A program made the position numbers and the translations under genes. A stretch of DNA of 64,000 bases from Eledone cirrhosa (lineage: Eukaryota): the NCBI GenBank assembly GCA_964016885.1, contig OZ024740.1:173972001-174036000 (forward strand). The letters run 5' to 3'. Below, piece by piece: positions 13,289 through 28,057 of this stretch; the stretch's first letter is position 1, and each line of letters starts with the position of its first letter. The notes under the pieces are model-generated. The model searched no databases, was not told where the DNA came from, and saw only the letters and a program-made list of their open reading frames with translations.

Positions 13289-16200
13289 CCTAAATGAAGT
13301 TAAAATAATATTAGTGGATGTAGAGAGAACGAAAAAGAACGACAAGATATGTATGATATTTACAAGAGAGTCAAGCTTACCAAGGGAAATAACTCAGAAA
13401 TATGAAAATATAATATCTAAATACTTAAATGTAAGAAGGTGAGGGGATGATGTTATAAAGATGGCGCCGAATAATATGAGTGTTCAGAGAGATATAAATA
13501 GTATTAACTGTGTAGAGGAAAATAAATATAAAACAAGTATTTGCAAGTGTGCCTATAAGAACTTACTATTTCGGGCCTTTCATTTAATATCTGAAATTAT
13601 GTTTACAGCCCAAGCTTGAACGGGTGAACCTATATTTATAGGCCGAAGCTTTATCTAGACCCCCACCATTTTATTTGCTATACGGTCGGACTAGATTCGT
13701 TCAAGAACCAAAAGTACTTCGATAAACTTGTCGAAAATCTTTTCTTTTGATGTTCAAAGAATGCTTGTATATGCGCATCTTGAATTTGTTTTCAGTTAGA
13801 TTTAATCATAATGTTCTTTTTTAGCTGCATCTTTTCACAATAAACTAATGCTTTCGAAAAGAGTGGAAAATTAGTCGGAACATTACAATTTAAGATATGG
13901 GGAAACATAACACTATTTAAATTAAAGTAATTTTCGAATTGAAATGATTAACTGAACAAGCAAAATCTTTACAGTCGGAATAGCTAATTTTAACCGAACT
14001 TCTGCTAATGATCTTAAGATATTTAAATAATTAAATTTAGGAATTATTTGCAATATTTAGTATTAGGTGTAAACTAAAGTTTTGGATTACATCGCAGAAT
14101 ATTTCTGTGTCTATTCTTTCACTGTGAGGCTTCGAGACATGTAATGTATTGAATTTTATCTGAAAAGCTGTTATTGCGCAGTGCCTCATTATAATAATAA
14201 ACAGCGCTAATGACCAAGGCGTCACCAGAATATAATAAAGATAATCTCCTATTACTAGGAAATATATTGAAATCAATTGTATGGCTGATTGGAATTATTT
14301 TTGAGATCAGATGTTTTTCATTTTATCAACATTTAAGATGATATAAAAAAAAATCATACCTATACTAAGATTTGTATCAACAGTAATTCTTAAACCTATT
14401 TCCCTAAATAATTTCATAAGATCTTTTCTAATTCCTGAACATTCACATTGCGTGAGACTAAGATCCCATCGTCCCTATCTCTCAAGGTAGACAATTTTTC
14501 ATGCCAAACGTAAAATAATGCAGTAATTTCACATAATTCTGCTTCATCGTATACTCATATGAGGACATCAAACAATTCGTGAAGCGAAGGCGACATCTTT
14601 GAGAAGAAGAGGTTCAGCTATAAAGAAATAAAAAAACAATAATATCGAACTGCATATATTTATAGTATTATTTGACAATTGTTTCACAAAAGAGGAGATA
14701 TTAAATCTTATTCTAAGTTTCATTCAACCTAGAATATGCTTGTTAACTACTTCTAATTCAATTTCTGTGGGTTTGATTAGCCTCTATTTTATTTTGATAG
14801 TATATTGTGTAGGTGACTAATTCTCATTCATATGAAATAATTTTCACTAGGTTTTTGGTAAGGGTTTCTAGAAATATTAAGTTTGTTATCTTTAGGAGTA
14901 ATAAATATTTATTTATAAGTGTGTCTCTGCACGTGAGATTGTATTAATTGATGTATTAGGTTATGCATAATTAAACTTTCTTTATTTACTCCGACACAGA
15001 AGTACAATTTGTGATTTTCTTCAAAACAATATCATTACAAGCGAAACAGAATAGTTATAAACCTGAACTGAATCAGATGTGTATATAAACGTAGCCTGTC
15101 AAGGACTTATCTTTAAATTAAAAGATTATTTTTGTATATGTGTATAAACATAGCAAGCATTCCATAGATACATGTACCAAATATATTTATAATTACTGCC
15201 ACATCTTTCCGAGAGCCTATCACCTTGACTATCACCTTGACTAGACGATAAAAAAAAGAAAACATAACACAAAAATAATGAATTCGCGGTGCTTTTCATC
15301 CAGAACACTTTTAGTGTTAATGTAATTACAATAGTCTCCTGAGATTTTACTAATAATATTTGATTATAATATAATCTTTAGCCGTTGAACTTATAAGTCA
15401 TCAAATTATTTAACCAAATACTCTATCTTACGAGCTTTCTTACTTGTCAAAGCAGCTTGCTATTTCTTATCTAATTTATAATGTATTCCTACATTTTCAC
15501 ACTTAAAGTGTATGGAAAGTAAGGTTGTATGAGGGTTTCAAGGGTATTTGCCTCATATTTAATCGGAACTAGTTTACTAATGTATGTCAATGGCTCAACA
15601 CACTGAGCGGTGATACTTTATAATTAATGAGTGTTATATCTTTCGTAGCACAAAGTTAAAGATATTTTTGTGGGCTTGGGATATGATAAGTATGTTAAGA
15701 ATGCGTTCATATTTTCAATTCTTGACTTGGCTTGAAAATGAATGATATAATATTTGGCAAATATTTCGCCATTGTGGAATTTGATTTTCCATGTTCATAG
15801 AACAATTTTCATCTAAACTTTTGATGTATCTCCGTAAAAATTAGTTATGTAACTAATGCTCAAGCATTTACTACAACTAACAAATACACACACACACACA
15901 CAAATAAAGTTGGACAAAACTGGTTTCAGAACTTCTTTATATATGTAGAAATGTTTAAGTTTTTTTGTTTGACAAAATACTTTATTCCCTTTTTATTGCA
16001 AATTAGATGTAGAAATAAAAGTTAACAGCTAACACATTTGACTTCAAAATCCGACAAGTTAAATTTAGAATTCTCTAATTGCAAAGAATATATTATGCTA
16101 AGATTAAAACATAGCGTGACATCTTGTGTTCCATTGCTAACATCATATTATAATAAATGATAAAAACATCTTCTATAGCGTCGAGAAACATAAATTAAAT

Positions 16201-16933
16201 GATATGTACGTGGAGTGGTAGGCTTGGAAATATGATCCAACAATCCCCACATATTTACACACGTAGCTCATAATCTACCGATGGAGAACACAATGTCACT
16301 TTCCAGAGATTTTTCTTAGAATGTGTATTCACATATCACATGTGTCTTTATGAGATAGTGGGGAAGTAGGAGGCAGTTAAACGGAAAATAGAGAGTGAGT
16401 GAATGACAGTAGGAGAAGTAAATGACAGTGAATAAGAATGAATGACAAACAAAGAAGAATGGATTAGTATAAGAGGTATTAGTATTGTGTTGCTTCAAGG
16501 ACAAAAAATGTTAACAATTGTAATATACCCATAAATAACAACCGAAAACAAGGAACCAGTAGTTTTATAAATGAAAAAAAAACAACAAAAACGTCTGGAA
16601 TAATAATAGTGATATGTAAACCTTTTGTAGATAATACTATAACATCTTTGTAAATATTGTATCATTATTTAAAGTTAATTTTTTATTACTATAATTAAAC
16701 AGTTCATTGGACTAGAAAAAATGTGACCTATTATTTTCGACGAGCGATATACACTATCTCATTTGCGAATTATTCGTTATGTTGTACTATAAAATACAAA
16801 GTGAAAAGTTTTTACATAAAAAAATGTATCAATGATTTCACACACCGTTTTCAATAGATGTACCATTCTATCATTAATAGAATCGACGGTTTTTATTACG
16901 TAACGGATACACTAGCATCTCTCCCACTCTCTG

Positions 16934-16976
<43 letters not shown>

Positions 16977-16977
16977 A

Positions 16978-17009
<32 letters not shown>

Positions 17010-17069
17010 TGTGTGCCTATGTGTGTTTGCGTGTGTGTATATATATATATATATATATAAACACATACC

Positions 17070-17140
<71 letters not shown>

Positions 17141-18075
17141 AGAACTGGTTCAATTCTGGTTATAAATTTAGATTATCATGAATAACTGATGACAATCTAA
17201 ATAAAATAAAACTGTATGAAATGATTTATGTATCGAAAGCTATAAATGCGACAGGTTCGTCAATTTTCGACTAAAGGGTTTTTTTTTCATTTTACTCACG
17301 TTCTTGCGAAATGCAAGGGTGTCATATTCCCATTACTTTCTCTTCCCTAAAGCAAAGAACAATTCCGACCTTGTCAAAATAAAGGCAAGAAAAGAGGAAA
17401 TGAAGAAAATTGATATTCACACGCGCGAAAACAATCATACATACATATATACTGACACTACTATGACTGCTAAATAATGTAAAGGTATTGTGCATTGCGG
17501 TATATTGTGAGATAGCCGTGTTATTTCGTGTAATGCTGTGCAGTACAAGTTCGCAATGACGATGCCTAGCGTGTTGGGTTATTGTTTATGTCTTGCTCGA
17601 GCATAACTATCATTATGGACGTTCTAACTGAGATTATCTTATCTTTTTGAATATCGAAGTGTACAATATTCAATGTGCTTTCTCTATTCTTAATGACGTT
17701 AGTGTACGATATGCGGAGGATTTGTTTGCTAGTTTTAGCGGGTTGTGCGTTCGCGTAGAGGCTCCTGTCGCCGGTTACCTTAATGCAACCTTGTTACCTT
17801 AATGCCACCGGTTCAAACATATATGGGCCCAGCAATTAAGTATATCTGTGTCGAATGCTTTCCTCGTCATAGAACACGACGCATAGATCACAGACTCTGA
17901 GATGTGGCTGTTAGCGAATGTAATGGTGTGTTGTGTAATATAGTAATTAGGTTAGATTAATACGGTGTGTTGATATATTATACGAAGTGCAGGGAAATAG
18001 TCTAAAATCTTCCAGTTATGCACTGTTTCACGTATAGACATACATACATCCATACATACGTACATACATGTGTGT

Positions 18076-18250
<175 letters not shown>

Positions 18251-18268
18251 TGTGATATATATATATCA

Positions 18269-18311
18269 CCGTCGAAACGGCTTGAGCTCAGCCGTCGGGG
18301 TCTTACTTGTT

Positions 18312-18316
<5 letters not shown>
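18269..18316 (+). mobile_element. Solo arm of the 10571 hairpin family in (TA)n
   Basis: CCGTCGAAACGGCTTGAGCTCAGCCGTCGGGGTCTTACTTGTTCCTAT, identical to 10621-10668. Confidence 0.8.
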
Positions 18317-18370
<54 letters not shown>

Positions 18371-18379
18371 ATGTGTATA

Positions 18380-18442
<63 letters not shown>

Positions 18443-18446
18443 GCAT

Positions 18447-18485
<39 letters not shown>

Positions 18486-18989
18486 GACAAATAGGATAAG
18501 CAATGAAGCAACAATATTCCATCTGATCATCGAAACAAAGAAGAATTTACGGAAGAAATGAAAAACAAATAAAGCTCGTATAAACTTAGTCATATGATCA
18601 AACGCATTCTATCCATGGCCATCACGTGTTGTTAGCGGTACCTGAAACTACATAATCTCATACGTCCTTCCTTGTTTAAGATTGTTGGGTTTGCTTTGGA
18701 AAAAACTTGGCTGCTATGTCTCGCAGGACGAGAGATAATGTTGAAGCTTTATACAGAAATTATTCAGTACCTACGCTTATGTGTCTATATACTCATTTAT
18801 ACATACACATATACACAGATGTATGCACACGTTTATACGTATAATCACATTATCTAGGTTATGTTTGTTATGTAAGTAAAATTATACGAAATAAGTCTAT
18901 GAATACATACGTACACAACCACACACCTACATCAATGAACACATACACACACTCACTCACATGCGCGCGCACGGGCACACTTCCATTCG

Positions 18990-19470
18990 CCCACCTGCAT
19001 GTGCATATATACATAGTCAGATACAAAAAAGGTACGCACATATGCATGCATATACACAATCAGATACATATAGGTATGCACATATGCTTACATACATACA
19101 TGCATGCATACATACTTACATACATGCATACATACATACATACATAAATTCATACATGGATGCATACATGCATACATACATGCATAGATACATACTTACA
19201 TACATACATACATGCATTCATACATGCATACATACATACATGCATTCATACATACATACATACATACATGCATACATAGATACATACATACATACATACA
19301 TACATACATACTTACATGCATACATACATACATTCATACATACATACATACTTACATACATACATACATACATACATACATTCATACATACATACATACA
19401 TACATACATACATTCATACATACATGCATACATACATACATACATACATACATGCATGCATACTGACACA
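18990..19470. repeat. Degenerate (CATA)n microsatellite
   Basis: Tandem TACA/CATA units; source of the HTYI pseudo-ORFs. Confidence 0.9.
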
Positions 19471-19740
19471 CATCAACACAATCAGATTCATATAGGTACA
19501 CACATGTGCTTATGTATACGCAACCAAACACCTATATATAAGCACATATGCATGCACACACATATATGCATACATAGTTTATATGTATTGGTGCACGTGT
19601 TTAAGTATGTGTTCTGTTTATAAACGATGAACGAAGCTGAAGCGTGCCAATTAACAAAAGCATCGTTTGAGACGTAGAACGTGATACTGGTGAAAAAGAT
19701 GGGTCGATGGTGTTTAGAAGAATGGTGGAGAGGAAGAGGT

Positions 19741-19846
19741 GGGGGAGAAGGAAGGGGAGGCGGAAGAAGGGGAGGAAGGATAAGAAAAATGGTAGGGAAA
19801 AGAGTAAGAGTGATTGAGAGAGAGAGAGAGAGAAATAGAAAGAAGG

Positions 19847-19898
<52 letters not shown>

Positions 19899-19942
19899 TT
19901 CTCTTTGAGAGAGAGAAAAATAGAAAGAAGGAAAGAGAAAGA

Positions 19943-19985
<43 letters not shown>

Positions 19986-20090
19986 TATATATATATATAT
20001 ATATATATAAGATATATATATATATATAATATATATATATAAGATATATATATATATATATAAATATCTATCTTTCTCTTTCCTTCTTTC

Positions 20091-20125
<35 letters not shown>

Positions 20126-20198
20126 CACTCTTACTCTTTTCCCTTCCATTTCTCTTATCCTTCCTCCTCTTCTTCCGCCTCCACTTCCTTCTCCCCCA
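19741..20198. repeat. Inverted duplication of purine-rich sequence around a (TA)n core
   Basis: GGGGAGAAGGAAG...AGAGTAAGAGTGATTGAGAG...AAATAGAAAGAAGGAAA (19741-19848) and a slightly diverged reverse complement at ~20075-20198. Confidence 0.85.
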
Positions 20199-20199
20199 C

Positions 20200-20238
<39 letters not shown>

Positions 20239-20262
20239 CATATATATATATACATATATATA

Positions 20263-20293
<31 letters not shown>

Positions 20294-20431
20294 GTATATA
20301 TACATACACACAGCGAGAGAGAGAGTGAGAGAGAGAAAGAGAGAGATAGAGGGAGAGAGAGAGAGAGAAAGAGAGAGAGTGTGAGAGAGAGAAAAAGAAA
20401 GAAAGAAAGAGAGAGAGAAAGAAAGAAAGAA

Positions 20432-20467
<36 letters not shown>

Positions 20468-20547
20468 TTTATAAAAATAGCTCTCATCCGTTTGTTAGCG
20501 CAATCACCATCGCCATCATCATCACAATCATCATTGTGACTATTATT

Positions 20548-20900
20548 ATTACGGCCCTTGCCATTCTGAGTTCAAATCCCGCCGAGGTTAACTTTGCCTT
20601 TCATCCTTACGGGGTCTATAAAATAAAGTACCAGTAATGCACTGGGTCATTGCTGGCCTTGTGCCTAAAGTAGAAACAATTATTATTATCAATGGTGGTG
20701 GACTGGCAGAATCGATAGAGCGTCGAACGTAATTCTTTGCGGCATTTGTTCAGTGTTTTTACATTGTGAGTTCAAATCCCGTCGAGGTCAACTTTACATT
20801 TCCTCCTTTCGAGGTTGATCAAATTAAATACCTGTTAAGTACTGTGATCGATATAATTGATTTTCTCCTTTTCCAAATTGCAGGCCTTATGCCAATGTTA
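20548..20900 (+). mobile_element. Two tandem SINE copies (one young, one diverged)
   Basis: GAGTTCAAATCCCGCCGAGGTTAACTTTGCC at ~20570 and GAGTTCAAATCCCGTCGAGGTCAACTTT at ~20768. Confidence 0.8.
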
Positions 20901-20904
20901 AAAG

Positions 20905-20999
20905 AATTATCATCATCATCCTCATCTTTATCATTATCATTGTCATCGCCGTCATCATCATCATCATCATCATCATCATAATTATTATTGTCGTCGCCG

Positions 21000-21032
<33 letters not shown>

Positions 21033-21163
21033 CCATCATTCCCTTTACCCCCCCCCTTCTTATTTTCATTGTTATTGTCGTCATCAATGTCGTCATCGTC
21101 ATCCTTATAATCAGTATCATTATCATCATCATCATTACCGCTATTCTCTAATTCATTAATCAA

Positions 21164-21231
<68 letters not shown>

Positions 21232-24200
21232 CCATCGCCTTTCTCATTATCATCACCATGATCATGATCATGATCATTATAATCACTTTTCAGTCCCCCC
21301 TCCCTTACCAAAACCATCATCATCATCAACATAATCATCATTATCTTCATTATCGTTCGTCGTCCTCGTTTACATCATCATCGTCATCTTTATTATTATC
21401 ATTGGCCTCGTTGTCGTCGTCCCCCTCCTCCTCTCACCACCATCGCCATCACCATCACCATCACCACCACCACCACCACAACATCAACAACCACCACCAC
21501 GACGACCACCACCACTACGACGACCACCACCACCACCACCATCATCACCATCACCACAACCACCACCACCACCACCACCACCAGCACCCCCCTCACCCCC
21601 ATCACCACCACCACCACCACCATCAACACCACCACCACCACCACCACTACCACCACCACCACCACCACTAACACCCCCCCCCCACCCCCCACAATCAATC
21701 CCCCCACCATCAACACCACCACCACCAATACCACCACCACCACCATCAACACCACCACCACCACCACCACCATCATGATCATGATCATCATTTCACAACC
21801 TTGCCAACTCAACCTGTTTTGCTGTAACCCTAACTCCAACTACAACTGCCACCATAACTATTTTTACCACCACCATTACACACCATACTACACACACTGA
21901 ACACCACCACCACCACCAGCAACAACACCAGCAACAACACCACCAGCACCACCACCACCACCACCAGCATTACAAGCAACAACACCACCACCAGCAACAA
22001 CACCAGCAACAACACCACCACCACCACCAGCATTACAAGCAACAACACCACCACCAGCAACAACACCAGCAACAACACCACCAGCACCAGCACCACCAGC
22101 AACAACACCAGCAACAATACCACCTGCACCACCACCAGCAGCACCAGCATCACAAGCACCACCACCACCAGCACCACCAGCACCACAACCACCACCACCA
22201 TCCCCAGTACCACTACCATCACCACCACTACCACCACCATCACCACCATCACCAACACCACAACCACCACCACCATCCCCAGTACCATTACCATCACCAC
22301 CACTACCACCACCATCACCACCAACACCACAACCACCATCACCACCAACACCTCCACCATCACCACCATCACCAACACCACAACCACCACCACCATCCCC
22401 AGTACCACTACCAGCAGCACCACTACCATCACCATCACCACCAACACCACAACCACCACCACCATCCCCAGTACCACTACCAGCAGCACCACTACCATCA
22501 CCATCACCACCATCACCACCAACACCACAACCACCACCACCATCCCCAGTACCACTACCATCACCACCAACACCACCACCATCACCACCATCACCACCAT
22601 CACCAACACCACAACCACCACCACCATCCCCAGTACCACTACCAGCAGCACCACTACCACCACCATCACTACCAACACCTCCACCATCCCCAGTACCACT
22701 ACCAGCAGCACCACTACCATCACCATCACCACCATCACCACCAACACCACAACCACCACCACCATCCCCAGTACCACTACCATCACCACCAACACCACCA
22801 CCATCACCACCATCACCACCATCACCAACACCACAACCACCACCACCATCCCCAGTACCACTACCAGCAGCACCACTACCATCACCATCACCACCAACAC
22901 CTCCACCATCCCCAGTACCACTACCAGCAGCACCACTACCATCACCATCACTACCAACACCTCCACCATCCCCAGTACCACTACCAGCAGCACCACTACC
23001 ACTACCATCACTACCAACACCTCCACCATCCCCAGTACCACTACCAGCAGCACCACTACCACTACCATCCCTACCAACACCTCCACCATCACCACAACCA
23101 CCACCACCATCCCCAGTACCACTACCAGCAGCACCACTACCATCACCATCACCACCAACACCTCCACCATCACCACAACCACCACCACCATCCCCAGTAC
23201 CACTACCAGCAGCACCACTACCATCACCATCACCACCAACACCTCCACCATCACCACAACCACCACCACCATCCCCACTACCACTACCAGCAGCACCACT
23301 ACCATCACCATCACCACCAACACCACAACCATCACCACCAACACCTCCACCAACACCACAACCACCACCACCATCCCCAGTACCACTACCAGCAGCACCA
23401 CTACCATCACCATCACCACCAACACCTCCACCACCACCACAACCACCACCACCATCCCCAGTACCACTACCAGCAGCACCACTACCATCACCATCACCAC
23501 CAACACCACAACCACCACCACAACCACCACCACCATCCCCAGTACCACTACCAGCAGCACCACTACCACTACCATCACCACCAACACCTCCACCATCACC
23601 ACAACCACCACCACCATCCCCAGTACCACTACCAGCAGCACCACTACCATCACCATCACCACCAACACCTCCACCATCACCACAACCACCACCACCATCC
23701 CCAGTACCACTACCAGCAGCACCACTACCACTACCATCACCACCAACACCTCCACCACCACCACAACCACCACCACCATCCCCAGTACCACTACCAGCAG
23801 CACCACTACCACTACCATCACCACCAACACCTCCACCACCACCACAACCACCACCATCATCCCCAGTACCACTACCAGCAGCACCACTACCACTACCATC
23901 ACCACCAACACCTCCACCACCACCACAACCACCACCACCATCCCCAGTACCACTACCAGCAGCACCACTACCACTACCATCACCACCAACACCTCCACCA
24001 TCACCACAACCACCACCACCATCCCCAGTACCACTACCAGCAGCACCACTACCATCACCATCACCACCAACACCTCCACCATCACCACCAACACCTCCAC
24101 CACCACCACAACCACCACCACCATCCCCAGTACCACTACCAGCAGCACCACTACCATCACCATCACCACCAACACCTCCACCAGTAACAGTCATTATCAC

Positions 24201-25308
24201 GAATCACGCTAATAATCACCATCAACACCAAGTATCACTTCATCACCTACCTCCACCACCACCACCACCACCACCACCACCACCATCACCGCCATCATCA
24301 TTAACACCACCTCCACCATCACCGTCACCACCACTACCACCATCACCTACCACCACCACCACCACCACCACCACCACCACCACCATCACCGCCATCATCA
24401 TTAACACCACCTCCACCATCACCGTCACCACCACTACCACCATCACCTACCACCACCACCACCACCACCACCACCACCACCACCACCATCACCGCCATCA
24501 TCATTAACACCACCTCCACCATCACCGTCACCACCACTACCACCATCACCACCACCACCACCACCACCACCACCACCACCATCACCGCCATCATCATTAA
24601 CACCACCTCCACCATCACCGTCACCACCACTACCACCATCACCTACCACCACCACCACCACCACCACCACCATCACCGCCATCATCATTAACACCACCTC
24701 CACCATCACCGTTACCACCACTACCACCATCACCACCACCACCACCACCACCACCACCATCACCACCACCACCACCATCACCATCACCACCACCATCACC
24801 ACCACCATCATCAACACCACCATCACCACGACCATCACCACCAGCACCGTCACCACTACCATCACCGCCACCATCACCATCACCACCACTATCACCACCA
24901 TTTTCATCAACACCACCATCACCACCACCATCACCGCCACCACCAACATTACCACCACCATCATTATCACTATCACCACCAGCACCACTACCACTAGCAC
25001 CATCACATCCACCACCACTACCACCACCACCAGCACACCACCAGCACCAGCACCAGCACCACCACCGCTACCACCAGCATCACCACTACCAGCACCACCA
25101 CCACCACCACCACTACCACCACCACTATTACCCCCCACCTGCACCACCATTACCAGCACCACCACTAGCACTACCACCACCACTACCAGACCACCACCAC
25201 CGCCACCACTACCACCCCCACCGTCACCACCACCTCCACCACTACAACCACCACCACTACCACCACCACCACTACCACCACCACCACCACCATCACCACT
25301 ACCATCAC
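20905..25308. repeat. (ATC)n/(ACC)n-derived microsatellite/minisatellite field with 81-, 60- and 100-nt higher-order units
   Basis: CCCCAGTACC recurs at 81-nt spacing (23111, 23192) and 60-nt spacing (22851, 22911, 22971, 23031); a 100-nt unit recurs at 24243/24343/24443. The Val- and Gly-rich minus ORFs come from this repeat. Confidence 0.92.
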
Positions 25309-25359
25309 AATTTTATATTTCCCTATTAACTCAGCTCGTTTTCTTGTATCTGTTTTCAG

Positions 25360-25523
25360 GTTGGCATATTGCCGAACGTCTATGGAGTAATTCCTGCCGC
25401 AATAGGACGGAATTTGTTGATAATTTTAGGAAGACCTCACGTTACCTTGGTTACGTCCCAGATATGTGGGCGAGGATTACGTTATTTCAAGCAGAGAATT
25501 TTCTGACAGGAATCTGTTTTTAG
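25360..25523 (+). CDS. Probable terminal coding exon of a host gene (product unidentified)
   Basis: Branch-like TTAAC (~25326-25330), polypyrimidine tract and TTTTCAG acceptor (ends 25359), then complex sequence. Phase-1 reading gives (G)WHIAERLWSNSCRNRTEFVDNFRKTSRYLGYVPDMWARITLFQAENFLTGICF*; a phase-0 frame is also open for 48 codons. Confidence 0.5.
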
Positions 25524-26471
25524 TTTCGATCCCTTCTTTCATCATTTGACCCTTCTCTTTTTGTCTTCATAATTCTTTAATATCGAAATATTTCTTTCTG
25601 GAGAGAAAAACACTTAAATTCATTTAATTTCATGTTAGACTTTCTTTACTTTTGTTCCGTAAATCTTTCTCTCACTCTCTCCCACTATATATCTCTCTCC
25701 CTTTCTCTCTCAATCATCTATCTATGTATCTTGCAATCTAGTTTTCTACCTACAGTATATTACTGAATTTGTTGATAGAGCTTTCTGTCAATCTATACTA
25801 ACTATCCTGTTTAGTATATTTGTTATAATTTGAATGTTCTATACAGTCATCTTTAATTTGGTTACTTATTCCAATCATTTACTATGATTATTTTTCTCAT
25901 AAAAAATTAATTTAAAATCTTATTTTGCAGCCATTTTGAAAACTCTTTCAACCAAAGAGTTATCGTAGTTTAAAGGTATAATTTTTCTAATTTAAGCCAT
26001 GTTCTTTAAAGCTGATGACTTTACGGTGTATTTCGTATACATCGTAGCCGCGTTGACTCTCTTAATGGGAAGTCTAATAGTTTTTGTATTTTTCTGGCAT
26101 TTTTGGACGACACGTTGCGAAGATTTAAAACCAAAGAAGCAATAGCTTCTGTATTGCAAATAACAGTATTTTAATGGATCCTCTAAAAACAAAGTTGTTT
26201 TCTTTTTCATAAGAACATTCTTTAATGGAAACGAAAGCAGGTATCCCTAAGATGAGAAGAAAACGAAAAGTAAAGAGATACAAACATTAAAAAAATATTA
26301 ACTAAAAATTCCTCAAACAAGCCAGAACAATATTAAATTTTGTTCCGGAACAGGATGCCTCGTAGATTAATTTACTTTATTTTTGGACAGGCAATTTAAT
26401 TCATGGGGATACAGAATGAGATTAACGCTTATATAAATACAAACAATTGGTTTACCGCAGTCTCAGATGTT

Positions 26472-26502
<31 letters not shown>

Positions 26503-26989
26503 AGAGAGAGAGGGAGAGAGGGAGAGAGAGAGACAGAGAGAGAGAGGGAAAGGGGGGGGGGACTACAGCTTATTAAATCATATAAATGGTGAAATCGTAG
26601 TTCGTTGCAAGTAGCACTGTGTCTCAAGTCAAAATATTTAAGAGACGAGTGTTAAGAGTTCCAGCGATGGACTACGGTTAAGATTCCATGGTTCAGACAG
26701 CTCATTACTGAAATCCTACATGATTGATGAACGTTTCATTATCTAGCAATACTGAGTTAAAATTTTCTAATGAGTGTCATTTTTAGAAGATTAGGCTCCA
26801 CCAGATTGGATGTCCTAGGTTTTCTACTTCACGACCAAATTTTCAAGTGGTGCTTTTTCAACTCAGGGGATTATGAGTTCAATTACAATATTTTGTGAGT
26901 TTCCAAAAATGTGCAACATTCCTGGGTTGAAACGAAATGCATTAAGACATTGATACACACACATCTATGTATATAGGTGTGTGTGCGTG

Positions 26990-27071
<82 letters not shown>

Positions 27072-27941
27072 AGATGTGCTTATAACTATAAATATATCCA
27101 TATATAAGTTCTCATACACATTACATTTTCAGACAAAAACACAGTTTTATTCGCTATAACAATACTCTTCCATTTTTGAAATTTTGTGATAATTCAAGTC
27201 ATTCTACTGAAGTAAGCAAAACAATAACACACTCGCCATATATGAACCGAATCATTTATTATATAAGTTTATTACAGAGTTAAAAAATCGACTAGAATAA
27301 ATTACTGACACTTATTTTATCAACTTCTGAAGGCGAGATTCAACTCAGAAAGTAGAAAGACGAAACTAAATCTGTTTTGATTATACACTAATGGGAAATG
27401 TGAAAGTTGAAGTACTACTTTTCTTAAGGGCATTAGTGATGTGGGTGAAATAAAATGACTTGAATCAACGACTCAAACTATGCCATCGAACTTTTTATCA
27501 TGTTAAGTTATCTTCTTTTTTTTCTAAAATAAAACTTTATATAAAAATTACTACAGTTTTATATTGATTTTATCGAAATATGTGATAATGGAATATTTTG
27601 TATTCGAAGATAAAAAAAAAACGTTGTTCTCTTAAATTTACGAAACTGATAATCTCCATTACTTTTATGATCTACGAGAAGCGTTTACAAACAGTGATAT
27701 GGAATTTTAACTTTAACCCGAGGAATAATAAGTTAAAGTAGTTATAGGCATCACAATAAATATAGGATCAAATTCACGACACATTTGCTATAACTAACCA
27801 TTGATCATAAATTATTAAATAATGTCACCATCATTCGCAGTGGTAAGTTTTCATCTGGCTCATTAATATCACAAAACAACACACGAGAGGCAAGAAGTAA
27901 TAAATCTATAGAAGGCAATAAGATTATATGATAATTGTAAC

Positions 27942-28057
27942 AATTAATATATCATGTAAATTATTATATCATGTAAATTAATATATCATGTAAATTAATA
28001 TATCATATAAATTAATATATCATGTAAATTAATATATCATGTAAATTAATATATCAG
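27942..28057. repeat. 17-bp tandem repeat
   Basis: AATTAATATATCATGTA repeated about 7 times. Confidence 0.9.

Noticed and set aside
22200-24180. Regularly spaced repeats as a CRISPR array
   Set aside because: Units are contiguous with no unique spacers, there are no cas genes, and the context is eukaryotic.
21830-25183. 770-783-aa Val-rich and Gly-rich minus-strand ORFs
   Set aside because: Produced by (GGT)n-derived repeats that cannot easily form stops; no domain or splice context.
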